Source: a virus
Reading direction: 5' to 3' (one strand)
IMG/VR virus record: IMGVR_UViG_3300020185_000033
Location: 1 to 64,000 of that record
DNA length: 64,000 nucleotides
In this document: positions 56,501 to 62,489 of the stretch, in pieces
How positions within the stretch are numbered: the stretch's first letter is position 1
How the letters are laid out: each line of letters begins with the position of its first letter
The notes under the pieces: generated by a model
Told to the model about the DNA's origin: nothing
Database searches by the model: none
The model's input: the letters and a program-made list of their open reading frames with translations, nothing else
Made by a program: the position numbers and the translations under genes

Positions 56501-57549
56501 AAGAAATTATTCTTATGATGCCAAAAGTTAATTCTACTCCACACATTGTTATCAGTTGCTCCACGCTCCATAATAATATAGTCGGGATTTTCTTGAGTGT
56601 TGTCACTGTCAAAAGGCTCAACATCAAAAGCGCCTTCTCCGCCTACAGTATATACAAGTTGTGTGCCTAAAGGTGCAACATAACCGCCCCACAGTGCAAT
56701 GCCTGTATCTGGGTCTGTTTGGTCAAATGTATAGTCCGGGGTTGGCCAATTATTTTGTCCTGCGGTTGAAACATAATTTTCAACACCTGCTAAACCACCA
56801 CTGTTAAATTCTGTTGTGCCGTCTGGTACAGTTGCAACGAGGTCGTCATCACTATCAATTATAGTTTGGTCATACGGTATATAATCTTCAGTACTGAACA
56901 CAGTTGCAAAGTTTTGTTCTTTGTCGTGTAGTATAATACCTTCGCCCACGCCTTCTACAATAAATCGTTTTTCGTTCTTAAATCTATTTGGTATAACATA
57001 GTTTCCAGAAAAGGTAACAACCATTCCTGTTTTAAACTCAACTCCGCTCGGTGTTGTAAATGACTTTTTACCTACAATATCTTTTTCAATGTTTACAGGG
57101 TTTGTATCTGTACCTTCTACAATAACTGGTGTTGGACCGTTTGGGCTCCAAAAATACTCTTGGTAGTTAATGAATTTATCAATACTTATTGGTGGTAAGA
57201 ACGTATACGCTTCGGTATCAAAGATACTATTTTGATTTAGTGTATTAACACCATAACTTTTAAGTACATTAATATAGTCCTCATAGAACATGATATTTGT
57301 ACTTTTACCCGTTGTTTGGTCAATTGAGCTTACTGCTGGTTCTAAACTAAATTTATCTCTGTCAGCAGTTGGTTGCAAAATATATGTATCTCTTGCATCT
57401 AATAAGTCTTCTTCGCGCCTGCCCACATAAGCAGACATTGACTCAACGTTTGCTTTACTAAAAAGTTGCTCTACTGTAGTATCGAAAAAATTCTTTATTA
57501 CAGGAGTCTGGTGAATTACCGGAAGTTTTGTATATTTTTTATCAGCCAT
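38521..57549 (-). CDS. Giant (6342 aa) virion structural / baseplate-wedge-associated protein with YHYH-like and Calx-beta/Ig-like inserts
   Basis: Uninterrupted 19-kb ORF after the gp6-like wedge gene. I.dV.V..PG.GY...P.VtV segments typical of myovirus baseplate proteins; HSPIVGWAFDGFPIYGPYG (YHYH family); two DxxTEG.ETL...DTS modules. Confidence 0.8.
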   Translation of the reverse strand: MADKKYTKLPVIHQTPVIKNFFDTTVEQLFSKANVESMSAYVGRREEDLLDARDTYILQPTADRDKFSLEPAVSSIDQTTGKSTNIMFYEDYINVLKSYGVNTLNQNSIFDTEAYTFLPPISIDKFINYQEYFWSPNGPTPVIVEGTDTNPVNIEKDIVGKKSFTTPSGVEFKTGMVVTFSGNYVIPNRFKNEKRFIVEGVGEGIILHDKEQNFATVFSTEDYIPYDQTIIDSDDDLVATVPDGTTEFNSGGLAGVENYVSTAGQNNWPTPDYTFDQTDPDTGIALWGGYVAPLGTQLVYTVGGEGAFDVEPFDSDNTQENPDYIIMERGATDNNVWSRINFWHHKNNFLDVGDQLPPKTKRAVRPIIEFERNIELYNFGTTGKFAVDISTEGYLQSEVVGRPTGASIDSVTLQPGNTILLASDSASISQYAYVINDDGSGNVALSRLADESSPAGLLDGDVGFIPYVAQKGDVITIKFGARYQGIEYHWSGTDWVAGQQKTKINTPIEFVMYDSNKVRLDDDAVYPNSTFTGNNIFGYTPAKVNTTEDTVLGFPLEYKNFNNFSEISFTNHIDDYFESYVPFGGTTKSQIKGYIYYKRNNNDVTYDTAWRPLEDKLQQRVEDRYVISDSDFETSRRLYHISAVPTNSDSDIAGLVEKSIRVYVNGIRTELFSYDSEQIAIKFSSFTFSKFDIIDIFTETKTGYFINANTDGRYHVPGSWHSNLDNADILSISQPEYLEHFKNLLELQEDAKGDSLGANNSADIKTELKYADKILQTDDDLRLSAFLFSNDKFNIKDSMDFVAEEYVKYKNRLKKEIVNFVNGNDYSAMSYGDMLELVIENVIAYNQGKNVFDDTFMIAFGDKYIEEKIVINNVLTKEYTCSHYLDLLKIDNTVYVYESDGVTPDKLLCADIDYAVSSSNGVVTITFTTNYTPTLGNTIKVRLYDANRESAQVPSTPSALGMYPITYPEIITDTSFVSPIKMVVGHDGSKSVALDDVHDFILLEFEKRIYNATLQQFRNSDSLPDLNVTDIRPGRFRTTGRNRDEFYALLRSNFNNYITRNNVDFVKNEFYREDDVWTWNYNAGTPKPAYWRGIFESCYDTERPHTHPWEMLGFTRKPTWWETTYGTDYSSTNVNLWADLEQGIIRQGNRENVTNNRYRENNPYRRIGLAYELPVNASGELIAPANIISTTATTKSTSWTSTTSGTSGADADTILNVDGLSVWEVGTVMNITTHNVMNHPVGNFPTSDNANTIEDKSYSYTIESFVGRVDPSSLGTSYANATSTSNTAIGLATNGALITNANSGIAHSDSTNFTYNSMYRNEVSRDTAGGAPDNNGIYGYIQPSPQAVGLDSWNTTAHSPIVGWAFDGFPIYGPYGYSDRANASSSIKRIESSYSLKTTTRSTIGGLPTGEFVEDYEYSSSTGDLDAYNGRHGITPEFPAGTYYYVATVDADSNPAYPYTTGPSFASTPRTVSTNNNGTATTQDQSLATFTVLSTLDTTYSVNTELTNKNWKFGDNAPVENAWRISEGYPFAVMQALLLAQPGKFASVFSDPRKPFRGLANSKQLLDRDTKRRIKTKLVDIHGEINASEQTVYTVGFTQFIHAFMKFQGLNTTAEFVKPYRSIISKLGHKFAGYIDKDTMTVFSDSYSSTGNSSSLILPQEDIEVNVHVGPYSTTNDFTGVLITYTTDGKYKIDGYNSVKRFFEIEESNTSGPATEVTVGGEPVEFANYSNSTNYQIGSIVKSGYNFYRAKEFAPAGSVVTDTAIWQRLPSLPMTGAAEATLYLTGTGTIKKVEYGTVLDTVNEVFDFLNSLGRKQEAMGFDFGEFNGDINDVNNWLYSGRQFLFWSIGKWAAGNTLSLSPLASGVKFTAPIGRVSKIIDVDQSQYSILDQEGRSIKTSECEIIRDTNKITINPPEGKQIYGVILYTNEIEHAMVLSNKTIFGDTIFDNVLSQRQRRIKIKGKRTANWNGTLTADGYIITDNGLKPNFDTLAGDMGKYNEIGHVPVEKQLYEASRRQYGYEERKYLREFELTQDDQYDFYSGMIRSKGTKNSIEVLLNSDKVLVPGSVAIYDEWALKAGDFGDIENYQTIDLKIAESEITNERQLIQVAYPEDIVSKVNEVEVLDRTTKFYQRPFLEIEPPPADIPGSFEYGGGTTAKATVNIGTDGRISDVTVDEPGYGYTINPSVTVVAAQLFTANITTSFLKPYAVSTSNITVADLTSAGNILITDHFSSNVNTVIDLSSVTTVEDVANAINNTAEISANISATFTRTAGTGTEEFFLTIKGNDFTLAEQGAGSTLESTLNLPAKRYQPRQRYSFETANSTTFSDIIVSVDGATTTGNIVGTPPGSHDWEFDEGSRTTIVTNALLSGNISQSFTFTPVSVSDGITTTDEIAADNLQIINGSYPHVDVEINGIKLPETSEEALYTITSNVSSGESTITFLDCGAIPGSPIQPNSTIEIIERGTIDLEDSYQGDLPGSSLNIKVFANDALAAKLTQIRTFEIYPDSKDDATILIDVDDPLRLTVRPTDMAEKGLWPMTSSVSYVGMVDSKYAPLPNSGYVSKYNVQYQAFDIYDFENLFDITKITRTNKLPKVNDTVHFAKGEHEEFEVYKLTDTGATISYVEYDNTVGTSFLWADVKLSDIILDNNDNANTSTEYDHTKWFDQVLALKGDNVISDAYKDLVSFDGNPIYVTEQAEVDHPVTRFVSEEKVAEQSVEMGNIEYTIPAVNSILEIRPQLSGNIISAEPVALQHAYQFARATVPTTTDITIFRSVDAVPDMRIVNNQLTFTINNGATDGVAIGHYLKFNDNSGSNLNGNIFQVANLTGAGDVQLYANTTVLGGMTNTVPKANISFINFGKNKTGNTSIDYDVQMYSPGHDFRTGTEIVFDVDNLGGSAGEVFTVNATTNDTFTVGSRLYGTNSSLDVITDSANVSLAKTTLKITAVPNSISTMGHSYEEISDALVNGITVRFKDASGTELAGNSFAPKNIRGERVLNKDLITDSVGKLGNVSVPLQGTVENSVVSGTIVDVTTPELIEPGMYLFHESIAEPVEVMSVNFDFDNEGSEPARFIESANATNNTLTLSSTSNIRVGDFITLTGVIDAEEDTVTVASISGRDITLSQGITSVTTVGITPEGEPYNILWDETQFDYYDITLADGRVINNNDTLKFRHKGDGQVANVTVKNTVTLSSNDTIEFAKAIREIVPGTPAETVDLVVFDIELDTYTGGNLDETNLSFTINEATKITTDADLSTLENLGYVKINKMSPELIIQKIRKLDTTTNSFVILDTMLAPIEDEFTVARDVTANTTISVVGTTNRLVIGMNVSGTGVPANTKVESVSDNETDITLTNAVTLSAGATIQTTMTLYEEATFMSANTVITTREDHSFATDGSDKLIGKEITVNAFEPDYYNNTFTVVDIPTANTIVVDYPGFAHPYQIGGETYSSRFEYLMHGEDANKLTGKAGFIPFLIADHLGDIKMNGADVVKGAYPWHSVEQYANDIRDTMYSKAGTVVKKGSFGINMNFINIKDAVAAYQAAGGRPDARPGAKAAPLSVGTTKKSTAPAMTTAKVTFGPQQPPGYVAPEPATAGNPQNTFNDLMNTIQTTTKNSQPKEKPTLTPQEIANQALVAGLKNLVDNVLPHQQTMVSPQAQTYLQNNQQGYSLGGGQLTDDNITYGDGGSSWGTEQSVYNHVTGAWESVEVGTSWERDGVTYTMMSDGTIEADDGTIWVTSSTRTEKGTMGALGDQFSDYGKKYGVGGSLTVSPNNPALTGKIALFNDVQLGATVTEEMPGLTIKHANVDCADLIPHTHAYELQSKSCFIDANGYNGAGTEIQIWKCKNATDPKHGKCSKETETRYVDGIASCYKPYAESFTALWNKDVANEGTSATFTVTADNVVAGETIEVDATGSVDLIGVTDISGGITSPFTMTFSVDGNGKGTATKTVQFVADSNTEGQETLKFKLRGTTNKGSITGGPADTVAVGDTSLDPVPTYTNIQADKSKVSENGERIEFTVSGKNLQSGATLTATMTGVQRADFDSGGDLSDSMTITFDMVPTNGNNWIGTASVVTKEDVLTEGSETLILTPAGADSNGASEGLSDIGTASVVIDDTSVSPVPDFEEVDYYLYHSNGPTTEITSFHLAADTSINKTLNIFFNMYGAADRMDVYQGTTKGNTQRHVASTSSNPNCTTLTTAERNRFDEIKTNLSGGDGYLTGYADMGGITAGGGRKNVGKCFFNYRPGNGRWITVKTTRGIGGTGSSVFLWAADRFLIDRGQNPWYFEQSNGSQGTGAQTGGASNQGGAGVGNENGQGGGSNSGGNTNQRRNSQRNNQGCTSVQYNTVSGNKTGSTTHQVNQVGHQVHVNPVAVAQYNGLTNPYIGAYINLVGNGPGLGTKPNIRGGAQTTTVKRFDNQESFYKGSITASATNFNNSGSQPTGPLSGRPSFAAADGSFVPSTKSPIPDNSAFNPHSNPQKPKPRVMTISLLKKNKTGMYGPLIVGASQGALSIPMDEYCMGKKVKFCADNKWINPGANGPAGIASSHSIYSVRAGDSFWINNTQITLTGVTSTESMRAAIQQSSIGGAVDVTEIDDGYGGRCVEVRMRDNTPDPIILRNGCKGGELKEVLDYTVNNKKNYAYGETTTLAGTRTSTTNVSTDISADTDSDANTAAVKVGSVSTTASGTDYITNTITAQQRLARKKPSTITQGFNGSGYERDDILRAVGGIAVSQQSNPAFSGGEGLGIYGISFAQGGFGYGKINPATGEYENDGSTRVIVGGPGQSGYGFEFDERDIKIDPTTGALIGVNWTDGVTNYQGLPAIPTGNNDGTGLFGQNYVYNNPPTVTIVGKGRRAKGIVIFNADAPSNQEEVAVFKVTDVDDDGAILELKILNRGLYQTFPGDLNSGVPLEYHVSKLNNDGQASAGGGLAFSPAGVGSVPPVQRSQGKGGRVFLTGRLIGDCTQKGTAIQDMGLTEGVQKGKNYEQSLVDYINDHSTKDPNGFPYFSASLETGGGLPGIIITTEEGDGFDIKGSEPGMLKEMNIDEGAYIPEIPPIIDVVSGGPAWSGNRDKTGGPNGDGLDINGNAIASGTGPDANKSIRFKSTNPFGISSSIGDLVASGELYKYELRRLDGSSPINITATDVSAMHVNAYALQSQRIGNDLHANGAIKVDVSNLSNVWIDDYQNTGKWAYLENNTVIRQQEKLVDTKFIRDVFTYDEASAEKEFDVDLYDPFKGILPGFIGKEIDFKTERDPVVYDPRKVKYGKKDVGLRWWDTSTLRYTWYEQGLGTYGSLGYNNYERSQNWGEMFPGSRVVIYEWVESLTAPTTSRDYITEVHPDINGKPQTFYYFWQTGLTVVSDAARVNFQKERSVAEITRLLQNLDAERVPYTGIISPDGLVVNTMGSLIKTDDSILSVNFKRKDTENAQKHSSWSLAGEGDRDGTIPDNLSVKLIDSLAGFNALDQAVPGSGLSVSERYGSKFRPRQTMFKDIKKARKQMFVILNDIFKQIQMESTFLNWRDNLPTAYSYIERVNWYEHLRTDKTNNAVIYYDNTYKPLRKVTDTKQFDLLQNVLDKSIIQVQKNDSTRYTLYEYTKKTDTFKLIAMENETIRWVKSVYSSGQSLTLGKEVRQILDVLYKHVFVDTYAVHWNKFFFEMLKYAYAEQGELDWAFKTTYLKIVKEETDLIPFKGFKIDNFDKAVEYFNEVKPYSSKIRNYSDIKKAPVEIMSGSTSDFDRPPFYDEDTKSVRILDSNNADDLVVLNTDKDYTGFSSTPSKIRSLDQTIVFDRVKGALYENSTGGAVQTIIADGTASVFNLNFAVEDSDRLQIFVNGKKVDKTSTSAGATITNYAVDVGNSFISFSNDANVNNAIGLPNNGDKIEVKYIDGFDPTLETMNVSIAKNIVAVETASNTSISNTSLQWTAPERLWKFNPAVRTEVTNAFDLAYGVGAGSNTAITTNISLVTDMVNSGNLTTALNLVKSKVHATFQGQELDGNIFTDVVPGTHPTTHYTDTRGFDTFGWDDGLFDREVEVNNFIGIFDEDTQGNVNYRVDDQTVYGFDSVTFLKSQYGPDRPEELVVVQPLETLVMDVTTQGNVQISQDSTDVRFMVFMDIFGHTEYYRRNVTPLTTVATELEVWDNEIIFADVSKLPRATKQDRAVIWINGERIEYEQVNTLTNSISGIIRGTKGTTPNTIIQVGAHVYNGEETENIRLRDANGKLIRDPEDFNWIKPVEIFDDTIPFDDDWDGNGSLTVTSANVNYANVTYDGDAGNITYGFDSSWLEDNSNVTFANANVAGAFKPTSNEVENFTLPSFDIDEVNGWDSGDKEQKEAGSLTDKGTVLKSNVSIIDFLHNFE

Positions 57550-57554
57550 GTTTA

Positions 57555-60500
57555 TTAATATCCACTTGAGTCGCTTGAGTTATTGCCTGAACTACTTGCA
57601 CTAGTACCTGAAATCTGATTATTGATTACATTGTCCTGCGTGGTAGTTGCTGTATTCGTACCTTCTTCTGCTACATAGTTGCCCATGTACGTTGTTATGC
57701 CGTTAGGCATAAAAAATGTCTTTCCAAAGAAATCATGTGTATGAGATGTTCCGTTACCCACAAAGTCTGATGCTTCTTTAGTTGGGTACAACGGATAGTA
57801 ACCGTTGATTGCGAATGGGCCAATTTCACTTTCTGGATTTTCATATGCAGTAAATGTTGGAGTACCACTTGCAGGTTTAATATTGTCTTTAGTAATTTTG
57901 TCAACTATGTCAATGTCGTCGACAGATGCTGTACTTAAAAATAACTCGTCACTGTCGCTTTTCACTTGAAATAAATCTCCAAATACGCCTGATGTTTTCT
58001 TGGGCACAATAACAATACTACCAATTGAGTTACCTACTTGTTGATGTATGTAACTACTCAATTCTGTGAAGTAGAATGTATCGCCAAATTCCCAATTATC
58101 TATACTGAAATATTTAGTAATAGCAGTAGCAATATTGGTTTTAATCTCGTTGTCACTTAACGAGGTACCAGGTAATCTTACTACCTTGAATCTTGCTTGT
58201 AACTCTGCTAACGCATCGTTACCGAATAATAACTTAAATCTGCCACTTTTGAATAAAATTTGATCACTAGCCGCTTTGTAAGTTTGTAAATTTTGGAACT
58301 CTGTTTCAAGTTCTAATGTGGATGGCTCTTCGGGCCATGCTGTTCCTGGAACATTAACATACGAAAGTACTTGGTCATAGTAGTTGTCTGTTAGCACGAA
58401 AAATTCGTGTACATTACTAATACTAGGATCTATTCGCATATCGTTATTTGCTATGTGGTTCCATTTAAATACTACACTCTCTTGTGTAGAATTATTTGTA
58501 TCTTGAGTAAAACTTTTACCAATCTTAGCTCTGTGTTTTGAGCTTTCGTAGTTGTTGACTACATCGAGATTCGTACTGCTGTAAGATAACAAGTAAATTT
58601 TGCCTGTATCTTTTGCATAAACTTTTTTGTTATGTAATTTACCTTGTGTATTATTAAATGTATCCACAATGGCCTTTGTCTTAACTAAAATAATATCATA
58701 GTCTGCTAGGCTATAATATGTGCCTGTTAAATTCAATGCACTACCAGTAGAATTACCTGCAATTTTATCTCTTGTTGCACTAAAGTTTACACCTGGTTCT
58801 CTGCGTAAGTCCAATATACCTGTCTTAACAGGCTTCGTATATGTGTAACCGTCGAAACTATCAAAGTCTTCAAAAATAACAATATCGCTTGGCCCAACAA
58901 ACTCTTCGAATTGAATAGGGTTATCAGGACTATCATCGTTAGTGGAATTAAAAGGAGTTACTTGTACTTTTCTTGCATCGGTATGTCCATCTGGATATAT
59001 AAAGTTTTTAACAGCACTCCACACAATAGGGGATTCCAGTCTATCTTTTGATCTCACATAGTCTACGTTAATAAGATCTTTACTTGACAAACCAGAACTG
59101 TCAATTGCATAGTGCCTTGTAGTATTAAAATTAGTTATTGTTAATGTTCCTGACTGTGTAGAAACATTTGCGTTAGAAACATAAATGTGTCCGCCACCGG
59201 CATTTGATTCTATATTGGACTCAAATAATGCAGAGTCACGTTTATACGCAATGTTACCACTAGCATTTAATATTGGAAATCCAAATGTTGTACTATTAAA
59301 GTCTATGTCTAACTTGCTCGGCAGTGAGTGTACAACACCTGTGTTGTTTGCAATAGTAACATTGATGTTACTTGTTAAATCTGATGTATCGAAGTTAGAG
59401 CCTAACGGTATAGTTAGGTTGTGTACAAAAGTATTACCGCTAGAATCACCATTTTTGAATATACCAAAGTTCGAGTTCAATGTAAACTCAACCTGACTGT
59501 AATTTACGCTTCTGGATTTTAATGGAATATCATTAAAGTTAACACCGTCTTTAGTTGAATACCATTTATCGCCAATATAGTCTGGTGTAGGCGATGTAGT
59601 ATCTCTCCATTCAAAGCCTTCTTGTGTTTGACCTTGGCTGTTAAGAGTGGTTAGTTCTAATGTGTCGTATTTTGCTCTACCTGTAAAACTGTCTACAATT
59701 CTGTTTTGATTTATGTTGTAGAATCTGCAATCTTCGTAACTTTCGAATATGTATTTAGTACCTCTTAGTTCCACATTATATCTAAACGACAATGTGTCAA
59801 TTGGCTCATATGAAAACTTCATAATCCAACTTCTATCTCTGTTGTTGCCTGAAGTGTCTTCTGCGTTACCTATGTCAAATGTTCTGTTCAAATCAATGTC
59901 GTTGTTATTGATAACATAAAACGTATCACTTGTAGCATTGTACCCAATGCCAAATGATTGTTTTTGGCCAATTGCTGTAGCAATTCTTGTTGCTTCAACT
60001 TCGTAGAACTTACTTCTCAATGTAGTAATAATTTCCTTTCCAGTCCAACCGTCTCTTACATTTTCGCTTAATGCGAATGGACCGTTTGCTGTAGTACTAG
60101 AGCTAACACGTCTGCCGTTATCTCTAACAGAAACAATTTTAACCCATTTATATTTCGTAATATCGTCAGGGTCTACAAATTTTATCATGTGCCCTGGTTG
60201 TATAAGCGCCAAGGCTACTTTGGAAATATTTACATCACTTATTGTACCACTGGTCGTAAATGTTTCTGTCATGTACCCTGTATCGTTTTCAGTTGTCTTA
60301 GGCAAAGTCTTCCATACTATACCGTACTGATCTAACTTAAATTTATTTGGTTGTGTTTCGATCCACTTATTTCTGAAATCACTGTAAATAAAATCTCTTA
60401 ATTCCAAATTCTTCAAATAAGTTGTGAACACTTTTTCAATTTGTTCGGATGCTGTATTGTTGCCATCAATGATAAATGAATAGCTCTGTGGAGAATCTTC

Positions 60501-61964
60501 TTTGTATAATGCTCCATCTTCAGCAATAGTTGTTGTTGTCTGGAATGTGCTAGTAGGATCAGTAATATCGATATACCTACTATGTCCAGCATGTGTTTTA
60601 TTAGTAACTTTTAGTTTTCTAATGTTATTACTTTTTGCTAAAGGTAACACTTGATAATCTTGTGCTGACACCATTCTGTCTTGGGCATAGTATGCCTGTG
60701 GTGCTCTTTCTTTTATGCCTGCTAATGTTTCTGAAGGTAATGCATTATTAATACTAGTTTGTAGTCTAGCAGTAATAGTTAACACATATTTTTGACCAGC
60801 AGGTGTCTCATAAGTAATATCAGTTGAAACGTTGCCAATATCATCTGGCTGTATGCTATACCTTTCGTCGGCACTTGCTCTATAAAATGCTCTATAGTTT
60901 CCTACTGGAACATTAGCAAAGTTACCATCAGCAAACTGTAATTTAATACCGCCTGTGCCTAAGTTTTGGACAGCATATAAGTTAGGCGAGTTTTTTGCTA
61001 AAGTATTGTACTGAAGTGTTTGCCCAACTGTGTTAGGAATCTTTTTCCACTTGGACAAAACACCACCGATTGTACTTACTTGTTGAAAAAATACATCATT
61101 TTCATTAATACCGTCAACCGCAATTGTTTGCGATCTGTTTTCTTCTGGTGTTTCAAAATTGTAACTCTCTGTTTGCAATACTCCTTGTTTGAACATCAAG
61201 AAGAATCCGTTATTTGCACTAGAAAGTCCCATCCCGTCATTTCGATGGATTATACCAAAGTTGTCTGCAGGGTCAGGATGCTTTTCGAAGAAAAAGTTAT
61301 TATCTTCGAAATCTGCATTTACAATTTCAAAATCCCTACTTACACCGTTTATACTCTTTTTAAACTTGTAAACAAATGGCGCATTTATTTGAGTGTTAAT
61401 TTCATATAAGTCGGTAATAATATCGTTAATAGAACCAGTTTTAACTGGCTTACTGAATCTATTTACATTGCCAAAGGCATTGTTCATTATTGTAATGAAC
61501 TGCTCGTAACTGTCAGGATTGTTAGCATCATTCCAAGTAACAGCTCTGTTACCTATTTGTGTGCCTGCACTATCCGTTAATGGCTGTGTGGTGCTAACAC
61601 TTACAACTTTTAGTAAGCCACTTGCGGAAATATTTCTTTTAGGATTATATCCTAACTGTCTTGCAAGTTTGTAAACAGAATCTTTTCTCTCTGCTGTTTC
61701 TAAAAAGTTCTCTCTTGTATTAACATCCATTCTAAATGCAATACTTTGAGCCAAGTATGCAAGTAATTCTATAATAGCAATAAACTCTGAACTTTCGATA
61801 TAATCGTTGAAGTTTTCAGGGAAATTAGTTCTGATATATTCTATCATTGCGGTGCGAATAGTTTCAAAATCGTATGCTTGGAAGTTTACATTACTATATG
61901 CCTTGTAGGCTATGTCCCAATCTTCCGCCGCAAATAAGTTGTTTTGTCTGTTGCTAGTTGCCAT
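57555..61964 (-). CDS. Baseplate wedge subunit, T4 gp6-like
   Basis: YDFETIRTAMIEYIR...FNDYIESSEF...IELLAY...ENFLETAER..SV..LARQLGYNP; LQFADGNF; ETLAGIKERAP...QDRMVSAQDY. Confidence 0.88.
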   Translation of the reverse strand: MATSNRQNNLFAAEDWDIAYKAYSNVNFQAYDFETIRTAMIEYIRTNFPENFNDYIESSEFIAIIELLAYLAQSIAFRMDVNTRENFLETAERKDSVYKLARQLGYNPKRNISASGLLKVVSVSTTQPLTDSAGTQIGNRAVTWNDANNPDSYEQFITIMNNAFGNVNRFSKPVKTGSINDIITDLYEINTQINAPFVYKFKKSINGVSRDFEIVNADFEDNNFFFEKHPDPADNFGIIHRNDGMGLSSANNGFFLMFKQGVLQTESYNFETPEENRSQTIAVDGINENDVFFQQVSTIGGVLSKWKKIPNTVGQTLQYNTLAKNSPNLYAVQNLGTGGIKLQFADGNFANVPVGNYRAFYRASADERYSIQPDDIGNVSTDITYETPAGQKYVLTITARLQTSINNALPSETLAGIKERAPQAYYAQDRMVSAQDYQVLPLAKSNNIRKLKVTNKTHAGHSRYIDITDPTSTFQTTTTIAEDGALYKEDSPQSYSFIIDGNNTASEQIEKVFTTYLKNLELRDFIYSDFRNKWIETQPNKFKLDQYGIVWKTLPKTTENDTGYMTETFTTSGTISDVNISKVALALIQPGHMIKFVDPDDITKYKWVKIVSVRDNGRRVSSSTTANGPFALSENVRDGWTGKEIITTLRSKFYEVEATRIATAIGQKQSFGIGYNATSDTFYVINNNDIDLNRTFDIGNAEDTSGNNRDRSWIMKFSYEPIDTLSFRYNVELRGTKYIFESYEDCRFYNINQNRIVDSFTGRAKYDTLELTTLNSQGQTQEGFEWRDTTSPTPDYIGDKWYSTKDGVNFNDIPLKSRSVNYSQVEFTLNSNFGIFKNGDSSGNTFVHNLTIPLGSNFDTSDLTSNINVTIANNTGVVHSLPSKLDIDFNSTTFGFPILNASGNIAYKRDSALFESNIESNAGGGHIYVSNANVSTQSGTLTITNFNTTRHYAIDSSGLSSKDLINVDYVRSKDRLESPIVWSAVKNFIYPDGHTDARKVQVTPFNSTNDDSPDNPIQFEEFVGPSDIVIFEDFDSFDGYTYTKPVKTGILDLRREPGVNFSATRDKIAGNSTGSALNLTGTYYSLADYDIILVKTKAIVDTFNNTQGKLHNKKVYAKDTGKIYLLSYSSTNLDVVNNYESSKHRAKIGKSFTQDTNNSTQESVVFKWNHIANNDMRIDPSISNVHEFFVLTDNYYDQVLSYVNVPGTAWPEEPSTLELETEFQNLQTYKAASDQILFKSGRFKLLFGNDALAELQARFKVVRLPGTSLSDNEIKTNIATAITKYFSIDNWEFGDTFYFTELSSYIHQQVGNSIGSIVIVPKKTSGVFGDLFQVKSDSDELFLSTASVDDIDIVDKITKDNIKPASGTPTFTAYENPESEIGPFAINGYYPLYPTKEASDFVGNGTSHTHDFFGKTFFMPNGITTYMGNYVAEEGTNTATTTQDNVINNQISGTSASSSGNNSSDSSGY

Positions 61965-61966
61965 GT

Positions 61967-62338
61967 TTAAATCTCTCTGCTATCCTGTGTGTATTCCACA
62001 AGCAGGGTTTCTTCATCTAGAAAAGGCTTAAGAGTTAATTGAACTTGCACTCTAATTGTATGATCAAGCACTGTAGTAAAAATTGATTGAACATTGATCC
62101 TCGGATCTTTAGTGCATATTCTTATAACTTCGTCTTTAACTTCTTGCTCTACATATGAATCTAAAGGATTCATAATAATATCATAAATAGTAGTACCAAA
62201 CTTAGGACGCATTACTCTCTCGCCTCGTCTAGTGTACAATTCGTTCAAAAGGTCAATCTTCACTACTTCACCATTAGTAACGGTGTAAGGAGGTCTAATT
62301 TTTCCTATTGTACTAAAGCCTTTATATATGTTTGCCAT
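61967..62338 (-). CDS. Baseplate wedge protein, gp25/GpW-like
   Basis: YKGFST...DLLNELYTRRGERVMRPKFGT.I...IM.P...DPRI; ATG 62338 is 5 nt after GATAAATA. Confidence 0.9.
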   Translation of the reverse strand: MANIYKGFSTIGKIRPPYTVTNGEVVKIDLLNELYTRRGERVMRPKFGTTIYDIIMNPLDSYVEQEVKDEVIRICTKDPRINVQSIFTTVLDHTIRVQVQLTLKPFLDEETLLVEYTQDSREI

Positions 62339-62343
62339 ATCAA

Positions 62344-62375
62344 TATTTATCACACTTAGTTAAAACTAGTTTTAA
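62344..62375 (-). promoter_or_regulatory. Late-type promoter GATAAATA (62344-62351) plus perfect 16-bp palindrome TTAAAACTAGTTTTAA (62360-62375)
   Basis: Read directly from the sequence, in the divergent intergenic region upstream of the baseplate operon. Confidence 0.7.
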
Positions 62376-62404
62376 TACAGCCTAAAAAGGCACCAAAAAA
62401 AAGG

Positions 62405-62433
62405 TTGACTTTGGGTATAATAGAATACATAAT
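62405..62433 (+). promoter_or_regulatory. Sigma70-like (early/host RNAP) promoter
   Basis: TTGACT-N17-CATAAT preceded by an A8 tract (UP-element-like), upstream of ATG 62490. Confidence 0.65.
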
Positions 62434-62489
62434 ACTGAAGCATAAAACATTTTATGTAATTTTTTTCACTACGAAATATAGGACAGTTA

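Noticed and set aside
1423-61409. Dozens of plus-strand ORFs of 60-200 aa in the ORF track
   Set aside because: They are antisense shadows of long minus-strand genes, have atypical Ser/Leu/Pro-rich composition and show no recognisable motifs.
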